From the human T2T-CHM13v2.0 reference genome, Homo sapiens, in the NCBI RefSeq assembly GCF_009914755.1, contig NC_060929.1: a DNA stretch of 64,000 bases; one strand, given 5' to 3'. The position numbers were made by a program, and so were the translations under genes. The notes under the pieces were generated by a model. It was not told the DNA's origin. It did not search any database and was given only the letters and a program-made list of their open reading frames with translations. The first letter of the stretch is position 1; the number at the start of each line of letters is the position of its first letter. This document shows positions 43,705-58,139 of this stretch, in pieces.

Positions 43705-45990
43705 ACTAATTTATTTCTTTATTTTATTTTTGAATGTCTTGCTTCTATTCCTTGATCTTCTACACTTGCTAGAACCTTGAGTACAATGTTGAAAAGGAGT
43801 AAAGGTTGTAGACATTCTTGTCTGTTCTCAATCTTAGGGAGAAAGCATTATTAAGTATAATGTTAGCTGAAGAATTTTTTAAAGATGGCATTAATAAGAC
43901 ATCTGATAGATTAAGGCATCCCTAAGGTTAAGAAATTTGCTGAGAGTTTTTTAACAGAATTAGTCATTGGATTTTGTCTTATGATTGAAATGGTTTTTCT
44001 TTTTCAGTCTGTGAATATGATGAATTACATGAATTGATTTTTGAATGTTGAACCAGCTTTGCATTCCTGGAATAAATGTCATTTGACCTTGTTTTATTAT
44101 TCTCTTTCTATCTTGATAGATTTGACTTGCTTAAACTTTGTGGAGGGTTTTTGCATCTATATTCATGAGTAATATTGGTCTATAATTTCAGAGTAATGTC
44201 TTTCTCTGGTGTTTGTATCAGGTAATGCCAGCCACATGAGTTGAATTGTGAATTGATCCCTCCTTCCAATTGTCTAGAGAAGTTTGTGCCCAATCAGTAG
44301 TTTTTCTTCCTTAAATGTTTGGTCTAATATGGGCATGGAGTTTTCTTTGTAGGAATGTTGTCAAATACAAAACCAATGTCTCTTTAACACAATGTGATTA
44401 TTTAAGTTATCTGTTTCTTCTGGAATCAGCTTTTGTAGCATGCATTTTTCAAGGAATTTATATATTTCATTTATATAAATTGTCAAGTTTATGAATAAAT
44501 TGTTAAATTTCCTTATTATCCTTTTAATTTTAGTAGGATTTATAGTAATGCCACCCTTTTATTCCTGTACTGGTAATTCTTTCTTATTCTTAGCCAATCT
44601 GGCCAGAGATTTGTCAATTTTATTTGTCTTTTTTAAAAAATATTTTATTTCTATTATTTTTCTGTTTTCAATTCCACCATATTCTGGTCTTATTGTTAGT
44701 TTCTTCTTCCTGCTTGCTTTGGTTTTAATTTACTAGAAGCTTAGATCATGGATTTGACATATTCTCCTTTTTGAATAGAAACATTTTAATGCTACAAACT
44801 TTCTTTTATGTAGGTGTTAGCTGCATCCCACAAACTTTAATATTTTAAAAATTTTTTTATTTATTTAAAAACTTGTTTCTAATCTCTGTTATGATTTTCT
44901 CTTTGACCCACAAATTACTTAGAAGTCTTTTCTTTATCAAATATCTAAGGGTGGTTCCTAATAATTTATTTTATTGATCTCTAATTTAATTCCATTATGG
45001 TTTAAGATACACTTTGTTTAATTTCAATTATTCTAAATTAGTTGTATGGTTCATTGCAGAATATCATGTATCTTGGTGAATGTTCAGTGTACACCTGAAA
45101 AGAATATATATCCTACTATTGTTGGATGAAGTCATCTTCAAATGTCAGTTATGTCAGGTTTTTTGATAATGTAGTTCAGATCCTCATGAGTTATTTCTGC
45201 ATTTGTCTGCTTGCTCTAAATACTAGTTCTGTCTAATTGCCAAGGGGATGTTGAGGTCTCCAACTATAATTATAGATTTATCAATTTTTTTCTTAAAATT
45301 CTATAAGTTTTTACTTTATGTATTTTGAATCTCTGTTGTTAGGTGCAGACACACTTAGAATGGTTATGTCCTCTTGGCAAATTGACCTGCTTATCACTAC
45401 GTAATATCCTTTTTATCTCAGCAATATTTATTGTTTCAAATTGTGCTTTGACCTTAATATAGCTACTCCACGTTTCTTTCAATTAGTGTCTAAATAGAAT
45501 TTTAAAAAATATTTTTACAAACTTACTGTGTTTTTATCATTAAAATGGGTTTACTGAAAGAGCCTGGAACTGAATATCTTTAAATTAGATGCAATTTGAT
45601 AATCTCTGCCTTTTAGACCATTTACATTTAGTGTAATTATCAATATGGTTGGGTTTCTATCTACCATTTTATTATTGTTTGTTTTTTTCCCCTCTGTTTT
45701 TGGGTCCTCTCTCTCCTATTTCTTACTCTTGTTATGGATTATATATAGATATGCATTATAAACATGAAATATAATAAGATATATGTTTTACAAGTTATAT
45801 TTATAGTACTTGTTTATATGTTTTATTTATATTACATATTTATTTATATGAATTATATGTATACTATTTGAACATTTCCTATTCTATTTGAATGGATTGT
45901 ATTTTTTGCTATATTTCTTTGTATCATTTTTTATCACTTTTGTTGTGGTAGAATTTTTTCTAAGTACTGCTTTTACACAACTTATCCTAC
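43705..45990 (-). mobile_element. Old L1M (MC/ME-type) ORF2 region
   Basis: T-rich antisense L1 motifs: 'gtacaatgttgaaaaggagt', 'gaaccagctttgcattcctggaataaat', 'tttgcatctatattcatgag', 'gctgcatcccacaaa', 'gtctccaactataatt', 'tttagaccatttacattta'. Confidence 0.88.
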
Positions 45991-46399
45991 TATTTTTTAC
46001 AGTTACTTTGTCTGGCCCACTAGACAAATTGAGGACTAATATTTTTACTTTGATTTTTTCTTTTTATCACTTGGCACATAAAGGGCTTTCTAAAAATGAC
46101 TTATGGATAAATAAACTTAACACATTCCATACAAAGGCTATTATATTAACCAATTATTTCATTCTATTGATAGCATCAATTTTCAATTTCTTAAACAAAT
46201 TGCTTTAAAGTCAACTTTATTTTTTTCTGTAATTGGAGCATCCTATTTTCTCCATATTAAAATTTACTGTTGAGTTTTTTTCTCTCACAAAGGCTCACAC
46301 CTTTGTGACCATCTTTCTCAGCACTTCAATCCTGGGCTATTGGCTTGGTACTGAGCCTTAGCCCCTCCTTTCTGTCCCTGAAAAACTCAGGGCCCTCAA

Positions 46400-46465
46400 A
46401 TAGTCTTTACCCATAACCACCTGGCATGAACTGGTCCCTCAATAAACATTTGTTGGATGAATAAA
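46400..46465 (+). mobile_element. L2 3' terminus
   Basis: 'cctggcatgaactggtccctcaataaacatttgttggatgaat'. Confidence 0.65.
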
Positions 46466-47549
46466 ACTAGAATTAATTTGTTTTCATCAGAGCATTCTTT
46501 TGTTTTGTTTCATTTTCCTTCCTGAGACCATGAAAAAAATGAATAAAAGGCAACATCCACAGCCAACAAACAGTGGCATAATTTATCAGGCAACACAGCA
46601 TATTAAAGAGATCATGCTGTATCTGTGCAATAATAGAAAGTATATGACAATGGTAGAAGCTATCAAAAGAATATCAAGTAACTTTCAATTGTTTAAAAAA
46701 ATTCAATAAGTTAGCTGTTAGTTTTACCAAGTGCCTTTTCATGGATGCTGCAAAAACTTCCAAATCCATGTGTTTCAGGAAATCATTTTGCATGGAATCC
46801 AGAATCTAATCAGGATGGTGATGTTTTTCACACCTAACTGTCTTCCCTTTTAGGACCACATATTGTATCCACACTGTTGAGTAATAGAAATGTTCGCATT
46901 TTCCTCCTAAGTTTTGTAGCAACAGTATGTTCTTTGCTTTCTGATTCATAGAAAGGAAAATGATACGTGATGTTGACTGCTCACAAATACCACTTAAAAT
47001 ACTGAAGTCCATGTCACCTGGAAATTCCTGGGTGCTCAGAGCCCCTTGTGGCAATGCACAGAAGGCTACGAGGTGGATACCAGCACAGTAGAATATCCCC
47101 TGCTGTGCCACTGTGGCACGGGCATTTTTGAGATATTTAGAGATATTCCTGGCATTTTTCATGATAGTAATTATCCCTAAATGGTCTTTTTTTTGTAACA
47201 TGTGATTGGTAAACTATTGAATGCATGGTATAAGTGGGAGTTGTCATACAGCTGTGGGATGGTGGTACTCACCTAATGTATTAGCAAGCACACTCAGCTC
47301 CCAAGGCCACCAACCCTTGCTTGCCTTTAATACCCACCACTTACACTTCTTCCAGAACCCAGTGTCTGTTCCCCGCAGGCAGGGGCCTGGCTGGTCCCCA
47401 AACTCCCCAGAGTAAATTCCCCACCTTAGAGTCATCTCTACTTATCTGAATTTTAGTCATCCTTCAGAACCCAATTCAAGCTCAACTTCCACCAAAAAGT
47501 TTTCTTCAATCATAATATAATTTACAATTTGAAATAAAATGCTAACTAA

Positions 47550-47780
47550 AAGACTAACATTTGCAAAGCATATTACTGTTCTCAAAACATCTTTGCGCAT
47601 ATTATCTTGTTTGTCTCTGAAAATGTCAAAACGCTTATTACCTTATCACGTCCATTGAAAGGTGATGCAGGTGAGACTCAGAGTGGCTAAGGCCCTTGCT
47701 CAAGATCAAGGAGGTGAGTGCAGCCAAGCCAGTCATGGTTATTTTGTGATTCCTAACCCCAAGCTCAGCCCATGCTAGTA
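47550..47780 (-). mobile_element. MIR fragment
   Basis: 'ctaacatttgcaaagc...gagactcagagtggctaagg...ttgctcaagatca'. Confidence 0.55.
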
Positions 47781-48177
47781 TGCAGCATGCCTAAATTCCA
47801 TTTGCAGGTATGAGTATGTTGGCTAAGATTGAATTTGACGGCTGCTTCCTGAGCTAGAGAAAAGGAGCTTTAATTGCAAACACTATGCCTTATATTGATG
47901 TTTATTTCCCATTGTTCCTCATCTTGAGTGACTCATGGCTTTTTAAGCAATCATACATATTTATGACTGATACCTCAAAAGTGACTCTTCTGTTATTAGC
48001 AAGTTATTGGCTCATATTTTGCTGATAACCCAGGTATTCATGTAACAAGGGGATTCTGAGTGCTGGAAGGTTGAACACCATGAGATGCGTGGCTGTGTGG
48101 GCTATGCTGGCAAAGCCACCCCCATTTCTCTGTGCTGGAAAGACTTCCTTTCCTGCAAGTTGATCAAGTCCCACCTA

Positions 48178-48290
48178 CCTATTTCACAGGGGAGACTGAA
48201 GCCCACAGAGTTTAAGTGACTTTTCAAGTTCATGTTACTGATTGGTAGCAGACTTAGCATGGTTTCCTGACCTCAGGGCTGTTTTCTCAC
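48178..48290 (-). mobile_element. MIR fragment
   Basis: 'cctatttcacaggggagactgaagcccacagagtttaagtgactt'. Confidence 0.65.
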
Positions 48291-48694
48291 TGGTGTTCTG
48301 TGTTGCTTCTTCTTGTTTGTCATCCCGGGGAGGATTAGGGTGCTTCTAAATTGATTTGTAGACTTGAGCAAAGCAAATCCAGCCACGTACCTAAACAATC
48401 AAGAACTGCAGTAAGGCATTTTGTATTCAGACAAGATATTTGCAAAATCAACTTAAAATTGTTTTTAGTATTAGCTGATCATTAGCATTGTAAGAGATGT
48501 AGAAACATATTTTAAAATGTTTTATTGACATTATAATAATACACTTAATTTTGTAGATTAAATTATTTATCCAAATTTGGGAAACACATTTGCTGGCGAT
48601 TAACTACCCACCTTGCCCCGGAGAATTCTGCTAATAGGAACTTTGTCAGAATAACACACGTATTACTCACACTAGCTGCCTGGTACAGATATCA

Positions 48695-48805
48695 GCGCCC
48701 ATTTAAGAGATGAGGAAATGGAGGCTCAGTTGAATTAACTACCCACCCAAAGACATACATTGTGGCTGTGGCAGTGTTAGCTACAAAGGTGGCTCATACT
48801 CCTGA
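48695..48805 (-). mobile_element. MIR fragment
   Basis: 'cccatttaagagatgaggaaatggaggctcag'. Confidence 0.6.
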
Positions 48806-48808
48806 GCT

Positions 48809-48856
48809 CTGTGCCGTTCCTGCCTCTGTAACTGTGCTGTTCCTGCCTCTGTAACT
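48809..48856. repeat. 23-bp tandem duplication
   Basis: ctgtgc(c/t)gttcctgcctctgtaa at 48809-48831 and 48832-48854. Confidence 0.9.
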
Positions 48857-50362
48857 AATCAATGCTCTGCGTATATGGGGCTTGTAAGGCAGTGGCTTTA
48901 TTCATTCTGTACATGAGGACTTCCCTCTCTTACCCTTTAGAAGACGAACTTGAACACAGCCAAATAGTGTTGTTTTGCAGAAGGAACCCAGGGTGCAATG
49001 CCCCCAATGGCATTTTGTTTTCTTAGCTTTGTTAAATCTTTTAATTAAAGCATGTTAACAAAGCCAAAGAAAAATAAATGACACTGCTTGCAAGGAAATT
49101 AAATCGAGGAACTAAGCCCATTTATAATTATTGTATTTCAATTAGGCTGTAACAGGGCCGGGTGAACAGAAAGATAAAAAGAAGCAATACAAATGTTGGA
49201 GTTTCATAAATATCTGCAAAGTCCTGTTAGAAATAGAGCAATATAAATAATGCTTTAAAATAGTCAGTGTCCCTGGGCAGTACCCTTTATGCTAATTACT
49301 ATGGGAAATAATTCATCTATGATGATCTCACCAAAATATGTTATAGGAAGCTAGCAAAGCCCATTTTTTTCTTCAACAAATGCATGGAATTCTTTTGAAG
49401 GAAGATGTTACATCAACACATGATAACCTTTTAATTTATTATCATAAAATTAGAATACAATTAAACATTTGAAAGAGCTAGAATTAGATTTAAATTATTC
49501 CTCTATATTTTAATGTGCAAATATCTAATATTCACTGAACAGAGAAACACATAACTCATCAGTTTCCATTTAAGCCATATTTATCTCAGCATCTAAAAAA
49601 TAGTGGCATATATGTGCAATTTTTATTCTGAATTAAAAAAATTTGATGTATCGCTTTATTCTTTCTTTTGAATATTAGGTAAACCATGCCTTGTCTACAC
49701 CAGTGCAAGAGTAGGAAAGGAAAACTGTGGATTTTTTCTTGGGGAAAGCAGTCATCTGTGTGGCCTGGCTCCCCCAGGGACAGGGCCACCCCCATGACTC
49801 CCATCCCCCAGGAGGGCACTGACCAGGACCAGGGACATGCTCCTAAGCGTGCCTTTGCTTTGCCCTCACTCTGTACTCACCCTGGGCAGGCAAGCCTGCC
49901 TTACGCCTTAGCTTTGGCATCTGAAATAGTGCAGCAGTCAATTTAAAAATTCTCATGCTTTATGCAGACTCAACAGGAAACCATCTTTGCCAGAGCTGAG
50001 GCACAGTGCACGCTCAGTGAACTACAGGTTTTATGGTTACCATTATTTTCTACCAGCATCTTGTTTTTGCTTGTCTTTTCTAGATGAATAAATCTTGCTT
50101 AAAGACATGCACGTCATCTGGGGAGAGTGCAAACTCTTCTGACAACTGTTTGTTACTGACTCGTAGGAGATGAGCATAGAAACAGGACTGAAGCACTGGA
50201 AAGTACTTTTTAACAACTGGACAGGACAGTTTTATGTCTGTTGAATCTAATACTAAAATGCATTTGAGTATGGAATTTTATGAGTGTAAAATTTCCTCAT
50301 ACTAGGAATTTTAAAAAATATTTTAAAAAAGTGTTCATACACATCAGTTGGAAAATAACTAA

Positions 50363-50409
50363 ACATACACACACACACACACACACACACACCACACACA
50401 CACACACAC
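50363..50409. repeat. (CA)n microsatellite, interrupted
   Basis: AC run with one cc interruption. Confidence 0.95.
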
Positions 50410-53400
50410 GGACTTTCTCCACAGATAATCTGAGAAATACTGGTTTAGACCATTTCGTTCCCATGTAACTGAGATCCAGAAGTCATCCCATGGAACATGG
50501 CGAGGGAGGGTGAGGAGGACTGGCAGGCCCTTCGCCGGCTGTTCCCAAGGGTCTGGGATGTGTTGGAAGGGGGAAATCTGGGGATTCATAGCAGCCGAAT
50601 GGGATCATCTCCATGGTGGGTTTTCTTAATCTCACATGTAAGCCTTCTGCCCCCAGACAACTGTCTTCCCTGGGGCCTGCCTATCTCCTCCAGAATTCTC
50701 CAGGACCTCTGCCAAGGGGAAGCCACTTTGAAGAGGGTCCTCATCAGGGGTTCTGCAGGGGAGTGCCACGACTGGACAGCCTGGGTCTGAAGCGAGATCT
50801 GGGGAGCACCTTCACCTTCACTTTCACCAGGAGCACTTCTCAGGCTCCCCGTGAACCCAGGGGCCCGTGCACTGGCCCTGCCAGCTGCCCGCCTCCTGGG
50901 TGAGCAGAGGCATTAGCTGCTATTCGTGCCCTGTCATTTGGACAGCATGTGACCTGCCACTGCTGGCTTTAAATTACAAATACATACATCCCTACACTTG
51001 AAATTAGAGGGTAGTAAGATTCACCTGTCACCCAGGGAAATGGAACAAAAAATAAATTTAAAAAGGAAAGAAAAAAGAAAGAGAGCAAAAGTGAAACCTA
51101 AATCTGCATCCACACTGGTGACCGACTGTGATGTATCCCTATCCAGGGCTCCCTTCAGACTGGTGGAAGGGATCCTCCTCCCGTTTCTGCACTCCTGGGT
51201 GGCTCTGAGCTCCCCTTCCCACCCCAGCGCCGACTGTGGGCAACAAGGGGGTGCTCTGTGCCCTCCCCACCAGGAACATTAAAAATGTGGGCTTCAAGAC
51301 AGTGCGGGGCCCCTAACTGGAAAGCTTTCTTCACTGAGATTAAGGCCAGCTTCTTCCCCACCTTGTAGGGGAGAGGAGGAGAATGGATGCTGTGGAGAAG
51401 CCCAGGCTCAGGGTGCAACCCTGGAGGGCAGGATCCCACCTCATTGTCCTAAAGAGAGGGTTGGCTCCTTCTCCTTTTTAGCTTTTCCCCCATCCATCAG
51501 CGGCCTAGCCGGGCACACAGACATTTTCGAATTCCCCTATTTTTCTATCTTTTTTTTTTGGAATGTAAAATATACATGTTCGTATGAAATATTAAGGCTT
51601 TACTCTAACTTAGTGTACCAATATTTTTTAGTCTGCAGAACACATTCAGTGTCTGGCGTTTAACCTCTGTAGGAAAACCCCGGTATCTGCATGCAGCATG
51701 CGTGTGGGGGTGAAGCACACACAGCCTTTGTTATTAAAGGCTATCCTGTTCTCCAAGAGGACGCGTGACATTCAGGGGACAGCCTTAACTTACCAGAGGT
51801 GTTTATTAAAGACAGGTGCACGCAGGCAAAGGTTCAGGGTGAGAAGAAAATGCAGCGACCTGGCCCAGCCCCAGCTGGTCAGGCTGGGCCACACGCGAGG
51901 AGGGAACAACTGGGGAAGCAAGGCTGCCAGTGCAACCCAGGCCCCAGCCCAGCCTCAAGCCGCGCACACGCTCTCCAATTGCTTTAGCCTCAAGCAGTTG
52001 ACATTTACCCCAGCCAGATAATCGAGGAATAACATTTGCGTTACAGTTTAACATGACCTCTGCCTCCACAGCTCTTTTTAGATTAGCTTCTTTAAAAAAA
52101 AGAAAGAAAGAAAGAAAAATGGTCGCTGACACTAGAGTGAGGCAGGAGGTGGGAAGAAAGGGAGCCAAAGCTTATTACTGTAGGGCACAGACGATGTCGC
52201 AAGGAGCTGCTCTGCCCTTTCCAGCTGCGGGTGAGCAACTATTAAGGGGAAAGTATTAAAAGAGGGGTGTGGGAGCTGTGTGAGGCTGTGGGTCAAGCTG
52301 GAAGCAAAGGTTAATGGATTGACTATTACCTGTGTAGGAAGCGCAGGGCAGCCAATCCTCTGGGGGGTTCGGAAGTGCTCCATTCTCTACCACGGAACTG
52401 ATGGAGGAGGTCCCTGAGTCTAACACTGGTGGCTGAGCTGCCTGCTCACTTTCCAGAAAATGTGCAAGCAAAGTGTCTCTGTCTTTAAAATTCACATTAT
52501 TTAGGCATCTAAGAACTGCATTAGGGACAGAGGACAGGCTCTCCTGCACCTTGACTCATTCCCACATCCTGTTTACGTGCAACAGACCAACTGGTGGCCA
52601 GAGATTCTCTTGCTATAACCAACGGTAGTGAGGGACTGGGGTGTAAAAATTAAAACACTAATCCCTAGACAGAAAATATAATTCGAATGAAAATATGAAG
52701 AAACTGGTTTTAGAAAAAGAAATCAAATATAGCTCTGACAGCACCAGCAGCAAGCTGTTCCTTTTCCCCCCCACAAGAACTCTTTCCCTTAAAACTCCCC
52801 TTAATTGAATAGCTAAGAATCATATTCTTCCACAGAAATAGCAGAACATGTTGCAAATGTGTGCCTGATCTGACAATCCATATATTGCAAGGTGATGCTG
52901 CTTCTGAAGATCCAGGACTCACACTAATGCAGCTGGAAGGAAACTTTTAATATTTATTACTGGATTGAGCCACTGGCTTCCCAGGAACACCCACATCTAG
53001 AAAAGTTGCAAAATGCAGCCCTTCCTTGTAAATGGAGCCTGAACCATGGGAGATCATAACATATTTTTTTAGTCAAGTTTAGGAGTGAGAATATATGCAT
53101 TACTAAAACACAATTTTTTTTTTTTTTGCCATTGCAGCCAAAATGCCTATTTTTGTTTTGGTGACACTGAGTTGTAGTGCCAACCTTGGCATTTTTTGTG
53201 TGTGGTGAGCTGATATCGTAGACCTGAAAATTCACAGGATACACAAATGACTAAGGACAGACTAAGTGACCCCTGTATCCAGAATGAAGCCATACTCTTC
53301 AGTGGAATAAACATCTATGAAAACGGTGACATGGCTCAAGTTGCTCAGTCTGCCTGGTTATGGCTTTTGACAACATCAGCCAGAGGAAATTTGTTTTAAA

Positions 53401-53529
53401 ACCCCAAATCCTCTGAAGGGTATGCATGACCTTTTCAATTATTTTTACTTTTGTTTATTTCATCGACATCACCTTTTGCTCCATTTTCTTACATTAGCAG
53501 TGCGTGAGTGCATTAGCCTCAAGAGTGAT

Positions 53530-53680
53530 GTCCAACAATTGTGTGGTATTTGCCAGACACTGTTCTGACCTCCTGACACATTCATTAATGTTAATTCATT
53601 TAACAATGCCTATCAAATAGAGATTTCAATATCTTTTAAGGAATTAAAATGTAAAAATTTGAACTAATCCAGAGAGGTAA
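53530..53680 (-). mobile_element. MIR-like fragment
   Basis: 'tgccagacactgttct...aattcattttaacaatgcctat'. Confidence 0.45.
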
Positions 53681-55865
53681 AATCCTTTATATCTAGACTG
53701 ACGTAAGAAAAGGAGCAAGACAGTGTAGGAAGGGGAGACACTCAAGTTTCTCTTAAGAGTTAAATTGATTTCCAGGCATCCCTTCTTTAAGATATGTCAA
53801 TTCATTGGAAAGTCACACTTTAGTGAGGCTTGGAAATGGTATCACAGTTCAAGCGCTACAAATTGCAAAGAACATTCCACTCCTAAGCCTTTCTGATGTT
53901 GCTAACTCGTTGGTTGTGGTTGCTGTGTGCCCTACAAAAGTCGATTTGGCCAAGGTTCCTGCCACTGCAGTGGTTATGTGTAGCAAAAAGCAGCGGTGGG
54001 GAGGCCTCAAGTTTTGCCTGATATCCAGGGGCACAAAGGAGATGGCTGAGGAAGCCATCGGCATTCAGCAGCCTTCTGACCTGCCCGACGTCTTTGAAAG
54101 GACGACCTGCTGACACTGGAGACTCTGTACTTGTTATTTAATTAAGAGAGAAAGGATTTCAGTGGAGAGAAGGCTTTGAGCTTCCTTCGTAATTTTTGCT
54201 GACCAATCCAATTATGTGGGTAATTGCAAGTATATTTTCAAAAGCATGGGAATCTGAGAGTCGTCAGCTGCAAAAAAAATCAAGATCTAATCAAGTGCAC
54301 TGCTGTTGTGAAAAATATTAAAGAGGAGAATATTAAAAATAACAACAGAGTTTCAGTGTTAAAAATGTGGGAAGTTGTCACACATTCTCCATTCTCATCA
54401 CCTGTTCCTAGCATTTGATTTCTGCCTGCAGGTCTCTGCTGCACAGTCATGAGATTTCTGCTTACTCCCCGTTGGTGGTGGAAGGGTGTAGGTGGCTCTT
54501 TTGCGACTGTAGTCTGCAACTGGTTCTGCATGCATTAGAATCCTTACCACACAAAGAGGTGGCCACAATAACAAAGCCATTCCTCTCTGCGAAGGTGAAT
54601 ATTAAAATAGTTTGTTTAGGTTTCAGTTCTACAATACGCAAGGGCTGTATCTTTCTGAATACATTTATTTCAAGGTACTTAAAAACTGACTTTTATGAGA
54701 TTATTTAGGCAGTGATTATTTTTGTTGAGAAATGTGTCCTTTATCCCTCTCATTCATCCACTGCTAAGATATTTCTGTTTGTCAGAATGCCACCGTTTCT
54801 GATAAATGACTGAAGACTGACTGCTACACTTTATTAAAAAGTAATAACAATTTTTGTATGCACCCTTCACATTGTAAGGGGGGGACATGAATCAAAGGAC
54901 ACTGCCTGTCTGGGCCTGATAAATGGGCCGTTTACCAGCTGAGGAGTTATTTAGGACTGGCTATTAATTTAAATCACATTTATCTTCCCTGAATGGGGGA
55001 GGTGGCTGTGATACGGCTACGAATGACCAATGGAGCAGCTAAGTGCACATTATTTATTACCACCGCCTCTGCAGGGCTGCACAATATGTTAAAAAAAAAA
55101 AACAGTGCCAATTACCGCAGTTAATCTCGTCAGGGCAATAACAAATTTCTTTCCAACACAAGGCAATTTTTATTCTTGCACTTTTTCTCCTCTACATGCA
55201 GACTTTGCTTATAATTCTCCATCATTAAACTCAATGTTCTCATTCTTTTCTGAGTGCTCACGGGAAATTTTTCCACTTCTCTGCCTCACCTTTGTCTGGA
55301 GAACAGCACATTCTTAATACACAACCCACAATGAAGTGTGTTCTTTTGAACATTTAATGAACATTTGTTGGTGAGATGGTGAGATGATGGGTATTGCAAA
55401 TCAGATTGGCCATATTTTATTATTAAGTGTTTCCTCATTCATAATAATGCTTTTTGCAGAGCTTTCCATTCACCTAATTCTTAATATGTGAAGTAGCAAT
55501 TGGGAATAACTAATCATTAGCATTGTTTGGTCAATTAACTTCAATTTGATGGATCTACCACAGAAGATGAAAATATTTCTAATAAAATGCATCTCAGGCA
55601 CATATTAATCCAAATATGAACAATTCAACTTGCTGTTAGAAAGCCCAAGGCAGGATGTGCACTGCTGCCTGGGTGCACCTGTTCCTATTGCCTGTGCTCC
55701 AGAGACCACATGTCAATCCTCACACGTTTTAGACCCTCAGAGGATAAGCAGCACAGCATTAGGGGACTGTCCTAACTGGCTTCCCTGAGTCATGCATTCA
55801 CCCCACTTTGTCACCAATATCTTGCTTTATGACATTAATACACTCCCCCAAATTGGATAGAATAA

Positions 55866-56276
<411 letters not shown>

Positions 56277-57889
56277 TAGAAGGATCATTTTAAAATCCTG
56301 ACTGCATTTGATTTTCTGACTGTTCTCATCAAAGTAACTACATCTGAATGGTTTTGGGGGGCAAAGGCATGCATAGGGAAACCAACACAGGAGACTGAAG
56401 AAAAATGACCCAAAAGTGGATGTGAGCAACATGCATGGTTTGTTTGCTTCTCTGATTTTGATTTGACACTTGGAGGCTGGTCAGGTGCTGGAGGAATCTA
56501 AAGACAGAGGGTTCCTTAAACCTCCTTGGAAAAGGCAGTTCGGACCCCTCAGCAGCCGGAAACACATCCCAGTGAGGGTGGGTGGGAGATCCCTGTGCAA
56601 ACTGTGGGCCTCTGAGTGGAAGTGCCCTGGCATATCCACCTGCTCCGAGGGACCCTCCTTGGCTTCAGAGCCTGCCGCCGCAATAACCTCGGCAGTCAGC
56701 CCACCGCCACTCAAGCAGGACATGAGGTGTGGGTGCTGCAGAAGGCTGGGGCATGCAGTCACCTCCCTCAGGCTCTCAGCTGGGCCTTTTCCAGTTAGTA
56801 CTGAGGGGTGAGCACTTCACTTTGGGGCCCTGGCAGGGCACCAGAAACCTTCCTGGTGGTGGGTGGGGGTGGTCCCTCATTCTTGTTGGAAGTGGACGGG
56901 TAAACATGCTCAGCACTGTAACCTTGCAATGTTAACTGCTACTGAATGTTCAGATTCACAGAGAGCCCCAAATTCTTTTGGCCTTCCTTGGTGACGTTTT
57001 CCATTCACAGGTCATCAACAGTCACTCCTGTTGATTCAAGCTGTTGCCTTCTCCATCCCACCAGAGCCCATGCTCCTGGGCCTTTGCTTTCCTGTGGACC
57101 TAAACTTCTCCCCTCCCATTCTCAGCTCAATTGAACCTCAAGTCCTTTCTGCTTTCACCCATGGAACTGCCCCCTCCAGCTCTGGTCAGAGTCTCTTTTT
57201 CTGTGACACAACCTGAGAGACAGCCTCTGAAAACATGTCCTTGACATCTGTCTCCAGTTCCCTGTACTGCTCAGACTGGCCCAGACTCATGGGAGGACCA
57301 TTCACCCCCTGGCCCCTGGATACTTCACTGCCATTTCTCTAGTGTCCTTCTAGACACTCTGCCGCCTACATTCTGGCCCAGGTGTGCTGACCACATAACA
57401 CTCTGTTTGCCTCAAAAGGTAACCATCCTGAAGCTGGTATGCCCTGTCACATAAGCTGCAAGGTCCATTCCCTTCCTGTCCTCTCTAGCTTGGCTGTGTT
57501 ACAGAATATGGAAGCTCAATAGCTTGAGTGACCCTTGTCCACAATTAACTGTTTAAGTCTTGCCCAAGGATACAGTCATTATCTTTAGAGCCACATCACC
57601 TTATTTGAACCATCACTAGTGAGAACAAACCATCCTTTGAGCACACAGTTAAGTTCTAGAAATGCAAAATAAGGTTCTAAAGAGCTCTATTTTGTAAATG
57701 AGGTAGGAGAGTGAGATGAGGGCATTTCCAAGCAACACTTTCCTATTGTCCTGTCTACTCCATGGCATGGGCTAGCCCATAACATGCACAATTTCATGTA
57801 GGAGTGTCATTCTCCATTCACCCACTGCAGAAGCTTCCAAGTTATTCTTAACTAGTTCATTCCCTTAACAGCAATCCTGTCCTGACACT

Positions 57890-58130
57890 CAATAGGAAGA
57901 GTCTCTCAAATAGTGTCTTTATCTCAATTTTCATCAACAATGTGCTAGTTTTTGCCTTACCATTATCATATAGAAAACTGCAACAGCTTCCCCATGGTCT
58001 CTATGTCTCTGTGGTCTTCCTTACTTAGTGTGTGTCTGGCTATTATTCTAAAATACCCCAGAGTTCAAAATTCCTAAAAGACCTTCCATTTCAGCATCTG
58101 AGATTATACACAAAAAATCAAGTCATTATC
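57890..58130 (+). mobile_element. L2-like fragment
   Basis: 'actgcaacagcttccccatggtctc' and surrounding sequence resemble the L2 3' region. Confidence 0.4.
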
Positions 58131-58139
58131 CCTAATTTT

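Noticed and set aside
53805-54116. Overlapping ORFs in unique sequence, possible exon or pseudogene
   Set aside because: No recognisable homology, poly(A) tail or TSD
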